The notes beneath the pieces were generated by a model. It had not been told where the DNA came from. It saw only the letters and a program-made list of their open reading frames with translations, and ran no database searches. A stretch of 64,000 nucleotides of DNA from the human T2T-CHM13v2.0 reference genome, Homo sapiens: the NCBI RefSeq assembly GCF_009914755.1, contig NC_060932.1; one strand, 5' to 3'. Below are positions 28,779 through 44,978 of this stretch, in pieces (position 1 is the first letter of the stretch; every line of letters starts with the position of its first letter). Both the position numbers and the translations under genes were made by a program.

Positions 28779-30042
28779 AAAGTTCAAATAGTACTACCAG
28801 CAGGATAGGGGAAGGAAATAAGATATTAACTCTCTGGTCTAATTATCTTATTAGTTGTTACCCCACAAAGTGAGAATGTCTATTGCTTAAATCCTTGGAG
28901 GAGGTCCACACGGGGGATCTCCTGGTCCCTAACTCTCTCCCTTCATTCATCATGACCTGCAGTCTTCTGATATTTTCTTTCCTATTTGGTGTCTTGTATT
29001 AGAGTCTCTTTTGAGATGTGCCACATCTTCGGTCAGAAAAAAATACTATTCCAGTTGCCACTTACTATTCATTTTTCAAAATTTTAATCTTCAGAGCTGC
29101 TGGAATTCTCTGAAAATCAATGACTTCTTCTGCCCAGTTTCTGCTGGTTTTGTGCAGGGAATGAGGTAAAGTTAGGTGCAGTGTTTCATCAATGTGGGAC
29201 GAATCTGTGGGGGAGTTTCCACTCTGGGAAGTGTTGTACATTTTCCTAAAGTTACTGAAACCATGTATCTTACAGCCTTACATGTCTTCTAAAATGTACC
29301 TAACTGACATGATACAATAAATTGTGTCTAATTAACACAATTTCACCCTAATTTTTTTGCAAAGTAATAACTCTGACCCAAGGAGACATTTTCATCATAT
29401 TTCCCATCTACACACACACTCTGTCTCTCAGTGCTCAAGGTGAATTCATAATACTTTCTGATTTCAATTAGAATGATTTCAAATAACTTTTTTTTCATAC
29501 TTCCTAGGTTTTTCCTTGACTACCTGAGAAGTTTCCTGTTCACCTGCTATTTTCTCCCTCATACATAATTGTCTCAACAAAATTTTTGGTTAACTTGTAT
29601 GCTACTGCTTTGCTTAACCAATATTAAATTCCCAACATTTTGGTTCTCTCTCTCCCCACCCCATCCCGCCCTCCCGCCCATTCCCTTACCACCCTATTCT
29701 ATTCTATATGATGTTGTGATCACTCTCCTGCTAGCTGAATCTTTTTAAACTAACCCCTATTCTGGCCTTTGAATAATGTTCTAGAAGTGCCACATCAAAG
29801 AGTATAAAATTTACAGGTCCATAGAGTCGAATTCGATTGCTGGCAAGTTGCATTAATTTTCACTCCTAACAGCCATGTTTCAGAATGCATGTTTTTTGCA
29901 CAACACTGGCCATTTTGGCTTGTTAACTTCTCATCCATTTGATAAGCAAAAATAGCACCAAATTGTTATTATATTTCATGCATGGATATGTAAAAGAAAA
30001 CATAAGGATGGGTTTGGATAGAAGATAATTAAGATAGAAATC

Positions 30043-30417
<375 letters not shown>

Positions 30418-31038
30418 TTAAAATTTATAATATTTTTTAAAAGTCAGAGTTCAGAGCTTAATTCTTCCTCAGACACCTTGCTTTTTCTCATATCTGCTGT
30501 TTTAGTCTATAGAAACATATTATTTTTACTTTAGAGATTTTGGTAAGCCAAAATACATTTCACATTTCTAGACTTTTAGTAAATTACAAAGCATGTTTCC
30601 AACTATGCCACATTCCTTTGATGGGTGATTTTGTTCTTACTTAAAAATGATGAGGACATCGGGGCCCAAAGAGTTCAGAGATTTCCCCACAGTCACAGAT
30701 CTAGTTAGTGCCAGATCCAAGGCTGTACAGGGAAAGAAAAGAATTGATGCTTCTTTTTGCTCTACTTCCTGGGAAATTCTCACATTAACACTGGCTCAGT
30801 GAGTAATGAATAGATTCTTTCAGAAATAGAGTTGTCACAGTCTGACCTAAGTTAGCAAGCTTTTCATTTTGCTTAGACAAAGAAAACAAAATGTTAGGCT
30901 GGCTTCTCAGCCTGAGGGCCTTGGAGTGAAGGAAGCTTTCTATAGCGGGGATCCTTTCAGCTACACTGGGCATGAATTAGCCTTCTAGAGAGCACACATT
31001 CTGCATGGATGTGGGCATATCCGGATTGTTATTTACCT

Positions 31039-31052
31039 TCACTAGAGGGCAG
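31039..31052 (+). promoter_or_regulatory. Candidate CTCF motif
   Basis: tcactagagggcag differs by one base from the core CCACTAGAGGGCAG; motif match only. Confidence 0.35.
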
Positions 31053-32321
31053 GTAACCCAATGCGACCACAGACCCTCCAGACTTCAGCAGGCAGAGCTG
31101 AAGAATGTAGATTTGGATCTTATATTTGTATAGCATCGTTCAGACGAGACTTTGGGAGCCAATTGTCAAAACTACCATGAAGCTGTGAAACACTAGCTGT
31201 CCATCAGTAAGCACGCAGGAGGCCCTGGACAACAGAGGATTCCTCTATCTTTTACATATGGAGAGGAAATATCATGAAGCAGGCTCATAAATAATTGCCC
31301 ATACTTGATTTGGGAGTGAAAAGCTCCTGAAAATGATGCTTTAGACTCGAGGGCTGTAATCTAAAATTCCCTGAACTCTATGTGAGGGGAAAATCTTCAA
31401 GGTGATTCGGTCATAGCCAGGATCCTCTTAGTTTTTGAGGGTTTTGTCTATCTCCTCCCCTGCAATGTTTTAGGCAAACATGATCATATCTGATTTATGC
31501 CAGAACACAGACAGGTAAGTATTATTGTCTCCAATTCAAAGATGAGTAACAGCAGCTTAGTGCAACTGAAAAGGCATATATTGCTGGATACCATTACTTT
31601 CTAAAACAGGCAGATCGTGGAAAAAGGAAGGCTGTTTGTTTTAGTGTACACTTTGACAGATTTGGATATAAGAAAGTATTCTGAAGTGAAGCATGTCAGG
31701 CAATACTAAAGAGAACTGAAAGGTTTTAAATAAAAGTGAGAATTTGGGAGTTTCTGGGGTGAAAATGGGGATACAGAAGAAGAAATGAGAATTATTAACA
31801 AGAAAGAAGATTCTGGAAACCACCTGTGAAAATTTCCGTTAAAGGACTAACTGAAGGTACTTTTAAGTATGATTTGCCAGTAACATTTATTTGTGTTTTG
31901 GGGATCCTATTATGTAAAACCCCCTTAATCTTTAGAAAACTCAGAAGTTTCTTGAAGAGATTGTTTTAACATGGGTAAATAGAAAGTAGGGGATAATGAT
32001 GTGAAATAAATCATTTTTTCCTTCACAAAATATATAGCTATATTTGGGTAAGGTTTACACTTCAGAATGTTAGGACTGGTTCTTCAGAACACTCCTAGGT
32101 CTCTAAAGACAAGAAATCCCCAGAAAACAATTCAGCTACATTCAGAAAATCAGTGTGCATCTAAGACGTCTGAAGAAAAAGCAAGAGAGAGCTGTTTTTC
32201 ATGTTTCCATGCCTCTGCATCCAAGCCTCTCATGTGGAGAGCAGTTAAAGATTAGGTAAAAAATATATATACATGTATAATAAATGTCTACTTACGTAAG
32301 TCCTAATTAGTCTGATAAATA

Positions 32322-33345
<1,024 letters not shown>

Positions 33346-34973
33346 TTTCCAATTGATACCCATTTTCATGTCTACAAAGATTAATTAAATACAATTATAT
33401 TTAGAGCATAGTCTGTGTGATCATCTGGGTATGTGAACTGGTGGTTTTCACTTGTAAAACATTTGCCCATTTAGATATTTATTGAGAAACTACTTTGTGC
33501 TTGAAATTGTATTAGGGTGATGTGGTGGTGATTATGACAGGTAAAAAAACAGGATCTTCACCTTTTCAAGAGAGGTCCCTAAGGAACATGTAACAAGAGA
33601 GGTACTGGGGGCATTCTAAAAGGCTTTTGGTAGAGGGAATTACATCTGACCTGGAATATGAATGGCAATTAAATGAAATTGTTAGAAGTCATTTCTTGGT
33701 AAATCAGTCACGTATTTCTTGAATCTCAGTGAAGGCAGACCTAGATCTACCTACATATATTAAAGACAATAAATGTGTCCTCCATTTTGTTTTAGCTTAT
33801 GCATATTTAAGGGATATGAATTAGCTCTAGAGTTTTATCTATGCAATGGAACATTTATGGATAGAATTGTGTAATTCGTGATGGTGACGATGACAATAAG
33901 GGGAAAAGAGGAAAAAGAAGATAAATAATGTGGAGGAGGAAGAACAGGAAGACAAAGAGGAAAAGAAGGAGGAGAAGGAAGTAATCAGTGCATTTTGGCT
34001 TTTGCTACTATCACTTAAGATTCCCACTCTTATGTGAACTCCCCCAACAATGATAAGATATCATCAAAGAGAATTGACTGTCAAATTACTTCCCAAATTA
34101 AACTGCAGCAGAACGTATCTCTCTGGGAACTGACGAAATGAGAGACCTAATTTTTTTATGACATTAGAGATCATTTCATCCAACTGTCTCATTTTACACA
34201 TAATGAATCTAGGGCTGAGAGAGTTGAAATATCAGCTGTCAAATTCCACAGTGGATTTGTAGCAGAGTCTTATTGAAACATAATAATGGTATTCTATAAA
34301 GGTATTATGTTAAAGTACAAAAAGAAATGAACTCTGAAAAATAAAACAATTTTCATGTCTGCTTCCATTCTTTAATATTGTTTTCCCAAACCACAATGTC
34401 CTTGAAAATTATAAATGGTCATATATTTGCATGGTGATTTTTTCTCTCTTTTTTCTATTTATTGTCTGAAGTAATTTAAAATATAGCTTTCATTCTATAC
34501 CCTTTTATACATTTCCTATCTTTGATCAATACACCTCAGTCACCCACAAAATTTAGGTTACTTATTTTATAAACAATGTGGAACTTATTGGATCTTACAA
34601 ATCACTGAACATTAGTGGAGATAAATGACATGAAAAATTTAGGTTCTTTTTTTTTGTATGTGGCTCTACAGCAACTTAAAAAGAGAAGTTAAAACACAAT
34701 AATATTTTAGTGTTAAAATATTCATAAGGACTTTGTTCTCCTATATTTGTTATAAGCTGAGATATTACCTGACAACGAAAGTTAATGCTTTTTAACCATA
34801 GTTTTTTTTTTAAAAGCCCTAAGATTTTCCCACACAAACTAGATCAACTTTCTCTTTTAAGCTACCCTAGAATTATAAAAGGGTAATATTTACTAAGGAA
34901 AACAACGAGGTTCTAGTATGAGTTTTGCTTTTAAATGGTCAAGCACTGTGTTACAATTTTTACATTGTAACAT

Positions 34974-35124
34974 ATTTATTTAATTTTTATATTGATTATA
35001 CAGAGGCATTTTCATTTATTTAATTTTTATATTGATTATACAGAGGTATTTTCATTTAATTTTTATACTGATTATACAGAGGTGTTTTCATTTGATTTTT
35101 ACATTGATTTTACAGAGGTATTTC
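34974..35124. repeat. AT-rich minisatellite, 4 units of 36-40 bp
   Basis: Unit approximately atttaatttttatattgattatacagaggtattttc. Confidence 0.9.
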
Positions 35125-36173
35125 TATATTAAATATGCGAAAACTGAGTTTCAGAGACTGAATCTCCTTATATTAGTCGCAAGGATTCCTTTTGCCTTTA
35201 AAAATAAATGTCTTTACCTTGACTTGTGTGACCTACATGATTCTAAATAAATTTGGCCACTGCCTATGTCTCCCGTCCTATTATACCAGTGTTTACCTTT
35301 CTTACTACATTACACCAGCTTTCCACATTAGACTTTTCCTGCTTTACAGCCTTTACATCTTCTCTTCTCTTCTCTTGCCTCTTCATACAGCCAACTTCTT
35401 CCCCCTACTCAAAATTTAAGTTTCATGCCAACATTTCAGAGGGCCTTCTTTGAACTATCTATCAAAAAGTGGTTAAAAGAGTTTTCACCCTCTCAGCAAC
35501 CTGTTACTTAATACTTATCACAATATGTGATACATTTATTATTTTATTCCACAGTCTCTATGGGGATGGGGTCTTAATTTGGAATAACTAGAGTAAGTTA
35601 GGTGCACAGAAAATGCGAAGAAATGAACGCTTAAAAATGGAAGAAGTCAATAAAATGAATTGGAACTAGGTGTGCTTCACAGTGATCATATTTTCTGTTC
35701 TCTCCTCCACTGCCCCCATTTTATTTGTGATATTCCATTACACAGGTAAGCCGCACCTATACTTTGACTGGGATATCTCCCTTCTCTGAACTCTGCTGCC
35801 CTCTAGGAGTTATTATAAGTTAATTAGACTTATTGGTCAATAGTTTATGGTTGTATAGCTTATCTTCCCATCTTGACTGCAACCTATGTAAGTCATAGTT
35901 TGTACCTGTGATAATGCTAAAGGATTTCTCATCAGTGACACCATCGTATTTCACTGGCCAGAACTGGACCCAGGATCCAGTGTAACCATCAGAAGGACAA
36001 GAAGCGAAACTCATCACATGTCCAAAGAGGGGAACAAGAGTATTTGTGAATATAAGTAATGACTTCAATGGGAAGAATAAAGGAAGAGAGAAGAAATGAG
36101 AGAGAGGAAAGGAAAACAGAAGACAGAAAAGAGCTAGAAGAGTAGAGTGAAAATAGTAATTGAGGATTATAAT

Positions 36174-36400
36174 TGTGACAGCTTTTTGGATGTATCAACT
36201 CGGTTAGGCTAAAGTCTCCAGTTACTCAACCAAACACTAATATAGGTGTTGCTGAGAAGAGATTTTGCAGATGTAACTAAAGCCCTTAATCAGTTGACTT
36301 TAAGTAAAGGAGATTATCCTGGATAATCTGGATGGAGCTGACTTAATCAATTGGAAAGCTTAAATGCAGAGCTTGGGCTTTCTCTGACTAAAGACATAAG
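36174..36400 (+). mobile_element. MLT2 (ERV-L) LTR 5' fragment
   Basis: tgtga...atgtatcaactcggttaggcta...caaacactaatataggtgttgctg...cagttgactttaagtaaaggagattatcc. Confidence 0.8.
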
Positions 36401-37669
36401 AAAATGGCTTCAGTTACAACCTGTTGAATAAAATAAACTGTCTTTTCTGAGGAAGGCACTTTGAACAACATTTAAAATTCATATACTCAGTTCAAATCAT
36501 GAAATGATTCTTAACTGCAAAAAGTTGACATGAATTGAATACCTAAACAAATGCAGTTCTATAAGAATAAGCAAAGCTAAATATTAGAAAAGAAAGCGTG
36601 AGAACCAATCAAGGAAGTGAGAAAATGTTTATTTTCATTCTCCCAAAAAACAAAAACAAAAGCAAAACAAACAAACAAAAAAAAAACTACAACTTTTTCT
36701 CAGGGTTTTTCAGTAAAGGACTGTGGATAAACTACCAAGTTTCCACTTCCCACTGTGTCCCTTGTAGAGATTTGGCTTTGGGGGACTTTAGATCTAGTAG
36801 CTGCCAAATTTTGACTCATTCATCTGGGCAAGTGCCATGGAGACAGACTTCTGAGGATAGCAAACCCTAGTGTTTTAATTCAAAACGAGATTGTATTGAA
36901 AGGAGACACCTGAGCTGATTGGGGCCTCTTTCCCAAAGATGCTATTATGGCAGGGTCTTAAATATTCCACGTATCCTGAAATGCCACTGCATTTCTTAAT
37001 GCCATAGAAGGACAAAACAAGGACGTGCTTGGGGGAGAGAGAGGATGAAGGGCCATGTCAGAAAGAACTAGAAATAAAAATATATCAGAATGTGGGAACT
37101 TCTCCTTTTTGTGGTCACCTCATTTGGGAAACTGGGCCAAATGCTCCCTTCTTCTGAACAGAGTTATGTAACTTACTCAAGAACAGCAGTTAAACATGCA
37201 TTCAGAGGTCTTGGTGACCATCATCATTTAGCACCTGTCCCCAAATTGCATACTCTCTGGGCCCTGAGTTGTAGGCAAAAGAAAGTTGGATGTATATGGG
37301 TCAAGAAAGTATGGAAGTGGAGAAAGGAAATAGGCATGGCTTCAAGAGAAAACCAGCTTTTCACAGGCCATGTTCACATTGCATTGTCACCACCCTGATG
37401 GTCCTCAGGACACTGGTGATCTCATTAGAAGAAATGTGCGGGGACAATACACTCTCCTCTTGTTAGGATGAGAGTACGTATGTTTCATGGTGATGGGGAG
37501 AAAAGAAGCAGAAGGGATTTGAAAGCAGATCGTTTCTTCACAAACTAAAACCAGTTTTATTCTAACTTGTGTACAGTGAGGGAGCTGTAAGGATGTGAAT
37601 AGTTGGCAGAATGTTGGGGGTTAGATGCCCTGATTCACCGTCTACATTTTGCTAGACATTCACATAGGC

Positions 37670-37876
37670 CAGGAGGAGGCAAGTTATAGTCCACAGGCCA
37701 AACCTTGCCCACAGCCTATTTTTCTAAGTAAAGTTTTATTGGAACACAGCCATACTTGCTTATTTATATATTGTATTTGGTCGCTTTCTTACTACAACAG
37801 CAGAGTTGAGAATGGCCTGCAAAATTTAAAATATTACCATATGATCATTTACAGGGAAATGTTTCTTGACTCCCAG
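37670..37876 (+). mobile_element. MER58A (hAT-Charlie MITE)
   Basis: taaagttttattggaacacagcc...ctacaacagcagagttgag...tggcctgcaaaa matches MER58A. Confidence 0.85.
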
Positions 37877-38199
37877 CCTAAATATTAAGGATATTTGGAA
37901 AAATAAAACATTACCCTTTCTTTGTCCACAAAAACCCAATGAACTTGAAATAGATTATTTTAAAGTAACCTGATACATGCTAAGAAATAAAGTATACACA
38001 CTATGCTATGGAATCAAACAAGATGAATGCTTAAGTCAGCCAGAGTAATCAAGTAACCTTTCCTGGAGAAGCTGATCCCTAAGTTTGGTTAAGTCACTTT
38101 TTATATGCCTATTATATGCCTGTTTTAATTATTTATCATATTTTCTTTCCAACCTTCTCCAACTCTTTCTAGCTTCTATCTACCATGTTGCCAGCTCTC

Positions 38200-38800
38200 A
38201 TAATTTTTTCTCTTCTGGTCTTTTAATCACCGTGTTGTATATATAAATGAAATTTATTAACATTTTTGTCTTTGAAGTCTGGGTTTTAAGATATGCTAGA
38301 AAAATCTCCTATTCTATGGCAAAATATTAATTAAATATTAATATTTATCTTAATCATTGTATGCATATGGATTTTTTGGCTTATGTAGATTCAGCTGTAT
38401 TTATTTATATGGCCAGACAACATTTATAATATTAATTATTGTGTAATTCACTTTTTCTACATTATATTGGAATTTTGCTTTTCACATCCATATATTTTGG
38501 TCTAATGCTTAACTACACTTTGTTTTAATGATCTTGCATGTTTCTTCCTGTGCCAGTACCTTACATTTCACAATTATGGAAGTTCTGAAATATGTCAATA
38601 TTTGGCAGGGCTCTTCTACTTTTATTACTAGTTTTTTCAAGTCTTCATTTTTTTAAATTTCATACTTATTTTTACAAGTATATTTTAGAATAATAATGTT
38701 ATCAAATAGCTCTCCAAATTTCTTGCTGTAGTGAGTTTACTTTTAATTTATGCATAAAGACAGAGTAAACTGACATTTTTAGAAACTTGCATTTTCCAAA
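38200..38800 (-). mobile_element. Ancient L1M fragment
   Basis: T-rich antisense L1 ORF2-like text (tgtgccagtacc, ttttagaataa). Confidence 0.45.
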
Positions 38801-39777
38801 TCAGAAACAAATACATCAGGGGTTATATTTTCTAGTAATACAGACTAGATATTCAGAGAAACTTTCTAGCTATAGAATACCTGAAATGTTTAAAATATAC
38901 ATTTTGAAATATATGGCTGACCTAGCAGAAAAAATGCTTCGAGAGGGAAAAAATTATGAAATGGACTAATTGAGACAGGTGAACAGACGTTAAACCTTAC
39001 ATTTCTCTTGAGGATGTGAGATTGTCCTTTGTGGTTTAGAACTGTGGTTTATACGGACTATCAATCTAGAATAAGAAATAAAGAAATAAGAAAAATAAAT
39101 AAGGAAATAGAAATAAGAAATAAAGCCTAAGGCCCATGCAAAATAAGATGTCTCTCCGGTCAGAGACCCCTGCAAGAAACCCGAACCCTCAGAGAGACAG
39201 CCCATAGAGAATAAACCAGAAAGCACAAAAACAAAAGTAAAGGGCTTATTCTCAGAGGAGGATGTAACTATGTTTAGGCATGTGGATAGTAGTAGAAATA
39301 AAGAATAAAAATTTCCACCCCCCCTAAGATTTTTCTAACTATAAACCTGATTTCATGCCTGTTTTGAGAGAGAATTCACAATCTCGTCACTAGTTGAAAA
39401 TACAGAAAGTAGATCTTTTAGATTAAAGGGACCCTAGAGATATGCCTATATGAACCTAGAGAGGCAAACACAAATCGCTGGTGGGGAAATAAAATTCAAA
39501 GTCAGAATATAAAGATAAAATCTCAGAGACTATTAACTCACAATAGATACATAAGACACATGCCAACAGAACCAAGATTAAGTTTTAATATTGAACGACA
39601 GAATCAGAGATAAAAGCGCACTGATGTTGGAAGTATCAGATACAGGATATACAATAATTGATTTTAATATTTTAAAAGTTTGTACAGGGGACCTAGCTAA
39701 ACCAGAGGCTATCAACTCTAACCTTTTGAAAAACTAAACAGAAAAGTCAAGAAAGTTTAAAAGTACAGAAGAATTTA

Positions 39778-40071
<294 letters not shown>

Positions 40072-40595
40072 TCAACACATTGGTTATGCATCAGTTTAAA
40101 CACAATTGAATAAAGAGTAATTTGAAGATAGGTTTTTACAAAACAATGCAGCACAGAAAGACTAAGTGATAGACACTATGGAATAAATATTAAACTAGAT
40201 AATAATAGAATATGCATTTTTAAAACATCTCTCTAATTGAAATCCCAGAAGTCAGAATAATGAAGTAAAGGACGTATTTGATATAGGGTTGTACATTGTC
40301 CTCTCTTTAAGATAGACAGGATTACATATATGTTCATTGTATTCAGAAACCACAGATATTATAAATTTGATGCGTCAAAATATTAGAATAAACCAAAGAA
40401 TTATGACATTAAAGAGATGAACAAAAAAGTAGTCAAAAATTAAAAACAAATAGTTTACTTGCCACGAATGAGACATAATTTTGCAACAGTAAATAAAAAG
40501 CCTTAAAAAAGTCTAATACTGTCTACAATATGAGACACAAAAACAACTCTCAGTTAAGATACATTTCAAGAGTGAATTAAGAATTCAGACATACA

Positions 40596-40898
<303 letters not shown>

Positions 40899-42224
40899 TC
40901 AGACATACAAAACGTGGAAAGGTTTGCTAATACCGGGCACCACTATAAAAATTTAAAAATATGCTTGGGGAAAAAGAAAAATAATGTCAGAGTAAAGGTA
41001 AGAGATAAAAAAAGAAAGGACGATGAGGGCAAAAAGAGTATACCTGAGTAATTCAAGAAAAATCAAGATATTAAAACAAGAGTCATAAATATGATAATGA
41101 TATCTAATTTTTGGATTCACATATCATAAGATGGAACTTAATGTCTCAATTCCAGTAACATTTAAGTCAGGAGAAAATACAACCCACATTATTCTAATAT
41201 CCTTGTATGATTTGAAATAATACTAAAACTGTTTTTTAAAGTTATATATAAATTTGATTAAGTTAAATATAAATTTAAGTACAGCTAGTACCAGTGCTGA
41301 AAGTGTGTGTTAACTTTTAAGTTGATAAAGAGAAAAAATAATAAAATGAAAATCCTAATACCAAGATTAGTATTAGGGGACATTAATTAGAGGACAATGA
41401 GGTATCTTTTTCACAAGTGTTTCATTTGGGCTTCCTCTCTGACAGGCAAACTGCCTCTTTCCTTGCTAGAATTTCCGATTGCTTTTTCATTTCAAATAGG
41501 GACTCTGGGTGTAGCCTGCTAGACCCTAACCATAGAGCTGGTTTACTCAGGAATTTGGGTTTCCTTTCAACTCTTCGTCCAGCTCTTGTGTGAAGCTTTT
41601 TAAAGGTTAAATTGTTTGGCTTGGATGTCACCAAATGTAAGGTATGGACAAACCTAGAAATGTAAAACCCTTTTATCTTTCTCTTTAAAACATGCAGAGC
41701 CAACCACAGAATATGAATCCTACTGTAAAATCTTTTAAAAAATTGCCCAGAAGGAAATGATATGTGGATTTATTAGGTGAGTAACATACTAAGGAAGTGA
41801 CAGCAGAACCACAAGGAGAAGAGCAAATCTTCAGACAGGACCATTTGGCAAGAATCAACTGTGCCTGAATGTGATGCGGAACCACATCCTTCTAACCCAA
41901 CCCTGCTGGGTTGCATGGAGTTAAGTGTCTTCCATAAGCAAGAAGTAAAACAAACTCCATGGGAACTCGCTAAAACTCAAGCCTCATTTCCCAAGTTTAT
42001 TTATTTTCTTGTTCCTGTTGACTTTTAATATAACACAGTCACCCAGGAATTTTTGCACCAATTAGTCTCTGATTTCACCATTTCCTATCTAGATTTCTGA
42101 CCAAACGGCTTCTCCCAGAACAAGTTCTGAAACCTAATCTTTATTTCTATGACTGTCTAACTTGTTCTTTTATCTCCACTTGTCAGCTTTGCCCTTTCCA
42201 GCCCCGGAGGTTGCTGATATCACT

Positions 42225-42355
42225 GCAGAGTGGTAACGGGTTCTGAAGATGGGCCAGACTGCTTGGGCTTAGATCTTACCTTTGCAATATACTAGCTATG
42301 TGTATAATATTGGAGGAAGCAATGAATCTCTTAAATATCCCTTTTCTCATCAGAA
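42225..42355 (+). mobile_element. MIR fragment
   Basis: ccagactgcttgggcttagatct...tactagctatgtg...ttttctcatc. Confidence 0.55.
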
Positions 42356-42984
42356 TGGTAGAGAAAAATAATCAGATTCAGAAAAACAATCACAAAAAGG
42401 AAAAAGTGTAAAAACATACGGTTCTCAGAGGAAAGATGGCAAATAATCAAATACATAAATTACAAGAGATGAATTTTTTGGATGCAATTTTCTTTTATCA
42501 AATTGTTAGAATTCTAGGAAAAATTTTGGTGATATCTAGTATAAGGGTCTGAGAGAATAAGAACTTTAACAAATTCTTGTTAAAAAAATAATTCTGACTT
42601 TTTGAAAATAATGGTCTCTCTCTAAAGGGATATTTTTAATGTACTTCATATGAATACTTGTGTATGTGCAACAACATATATGTAATTGGATGTTGACTGA
42701 AAATGTTATATTGGCACAAAATGCAAACATGTGAAATATATTAATAATAGAATATTATCATGCTATATAATTATATGTATTATATATTATAAAAATATTA
42801 TTCTAATTATTGTGAAGTGAAAAAACAGGAATAACAAATAAGTACCATACTTAAGAACAATAGATAAATAAGAACAGTTTATATTTTAGTCCCAGCTTTC
42901 TAATCACTGCAGGTCAAACTAGGATTGGGTGCTGGTTCAGTTATTTAAGTCAATGCTTCTCAAATCTTTGGGTTTCATTGATCA

Positions 42985-43320
<336 letters not shown>

Positions 43321-43489
43321 AAGAAAATTTCACAAACAAAATAGTAACCTACATAGAGTTGCCAAAGTGTATTTTGCTAAATTAAGCAATTAAGATACCA
43401 ATCATCCACTTTCACCATCAATTCCTTAAGAAAACATTTTAACATCAAAATAGTAAAAACAAATGCTTATCTCAAAATAACAGAAAGTT

Positions 43490-43800
43490 GGCCAGGCATT
43501 GTGGCTCACATCTGTAATCCCAGCACTTTGGGAGTCCAAGGAGGGTGGACAACTTGAGGTCAGGAGTTCGACCTCAACCTGGCCAATATGGTGAAACCCT
43601 GTCTCTACTAAAAGTACAAAAAAATTAGCTGGGTGTGGTGGTGGGCACCTGTAATCCCAGACTCGGAAGTCTGTGGCAGGAGAATTCCTTGAACCCGGGA
43701 GGTGGAGGTTGCAGTGAGCCAAGATGATTGTGCCACTGCACTCCAACCTTTGGGACAGAGCAAGACTCTGTCTCAAAAACAAAACAAACAACAAAAAAAA
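43490..43800 (+). mobile_element. Alu (AluS)
   Basis: Dimer; TSD cagaaagtt. Confidence 0.95.
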
Positions 43801-44121
43801 CCAGAAAGTTATTTCAGACAAAAAAAAAATGGATTTCAGGAAAAATCAACTGTTTCACTCTAGTTTTTTCTGTTCTCATAGTAGGCTTCTAAATATTTTG
43901 TCATATAACTGCAGCTTGTCACTTATGAAATACTGATTTAGATATTTCTCTTTCATTAGTGTCTATTTCCAGCAAATAGAGAAAAAAGAACCATTTTATA
44001 CAACTAAAGAAAAGATGAGCTGAAAATCAAGCTTTAGCTGGGATAGAAATGTAAACAATGCTCAATGCAGAAGGTAAATTTTAATCTTAGAACCAAAAGT
44101 TGTCTTGCCAATAAACCATGC

Positions 44122-44292
44122 CAGCAATTCTCAATGCAGGTCATTCACTGGAATCATCTAGAGACTTACAAAAGAAGTATGATACACTGATCCCATCTCT
44201 AGAGATTCTGATTCAACTAGTCTGGTGTGAGGCCCAAACTCAGATATTATTTTAACAGTTCCCCACATGATTATAATAAGTGGCAAGAGTTG
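44122..44292 (+). mobile_element. MER5-family hAT MITE
   Basis: cagcaattctcaa...agagattctgattcaactagtctggtgtgaggccca...ccactg. Confidence 0.75.
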
Positions 44293-44816
44293 ATTGCCAC
44301 TGATCGAATCTGTTTTGTTTTTCAGTAATGAGAAACAGTTTATAAAGTGAATTCTAACATGTTTTCCTTTTAAGATAATTTGAAAAGCAAACAAAATAAA
44401 TTAAAAAACAAGAAAGTTTGGGTTTTCAGCAATAATGTTCAAATATCTCATTTTGCCCTAAAATACTAAGGATCAAATAATTTAAATAACTTACCTAGAG
44501 TTGCAGGCCTACATCAAAATATTGATATCAATGTAAAATATATACATAAACTGTTTCTTTGTGTGAAGATGATTAATATTTATTCAAAATATCATGACTT
44601 AAAGGAATTAATAATGCATTCTCACATATTGATTTTAAGGTGAAAACTGAGTTGCCTTTTAAAAAGAAACTTCCTCTTCATGAAAGACTTGACTTGCATT
44701 AGTATAAGTTATGGGTGTATTTCCTAAGTTGTTAAATTTTGAGGACAAGCTTAAGATCTGATGAATCAGAAAGTGTTGATTCTCTTTGAACAAAGTACCC
44801 CAATTAACTGTAGGCC

Positions 44817-44978
44817 AGTATTTCTCAAAGTGTGATACTATAAATCACACTTGTATTAATATCATACAATAGTCCAAAATGTAGATTATTTTTCTGAGGA
44901 TGGGATCCCGAAAAGGGTGGATGTTACAACTCTCTTCATGTTTTGGATCTAAACAAAAATTTAAGAACCATTGCTCTA
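44817..44978. mobile_element. MER5-family hAT MITE (degenerate)
   Basis: cagtatttctcaaagtgtg ... tttaagaaccattgctcta terminal inverted repeat-like ends. Confidence 0.6.

Noticed and set aside
34974-35124. 36-40 bp periodic repeats, CRISPR-like in length
   Set aside because: Units are contiguous with no unique spacers, there are no cas genes, and the context is primate; this is a minisatellite.
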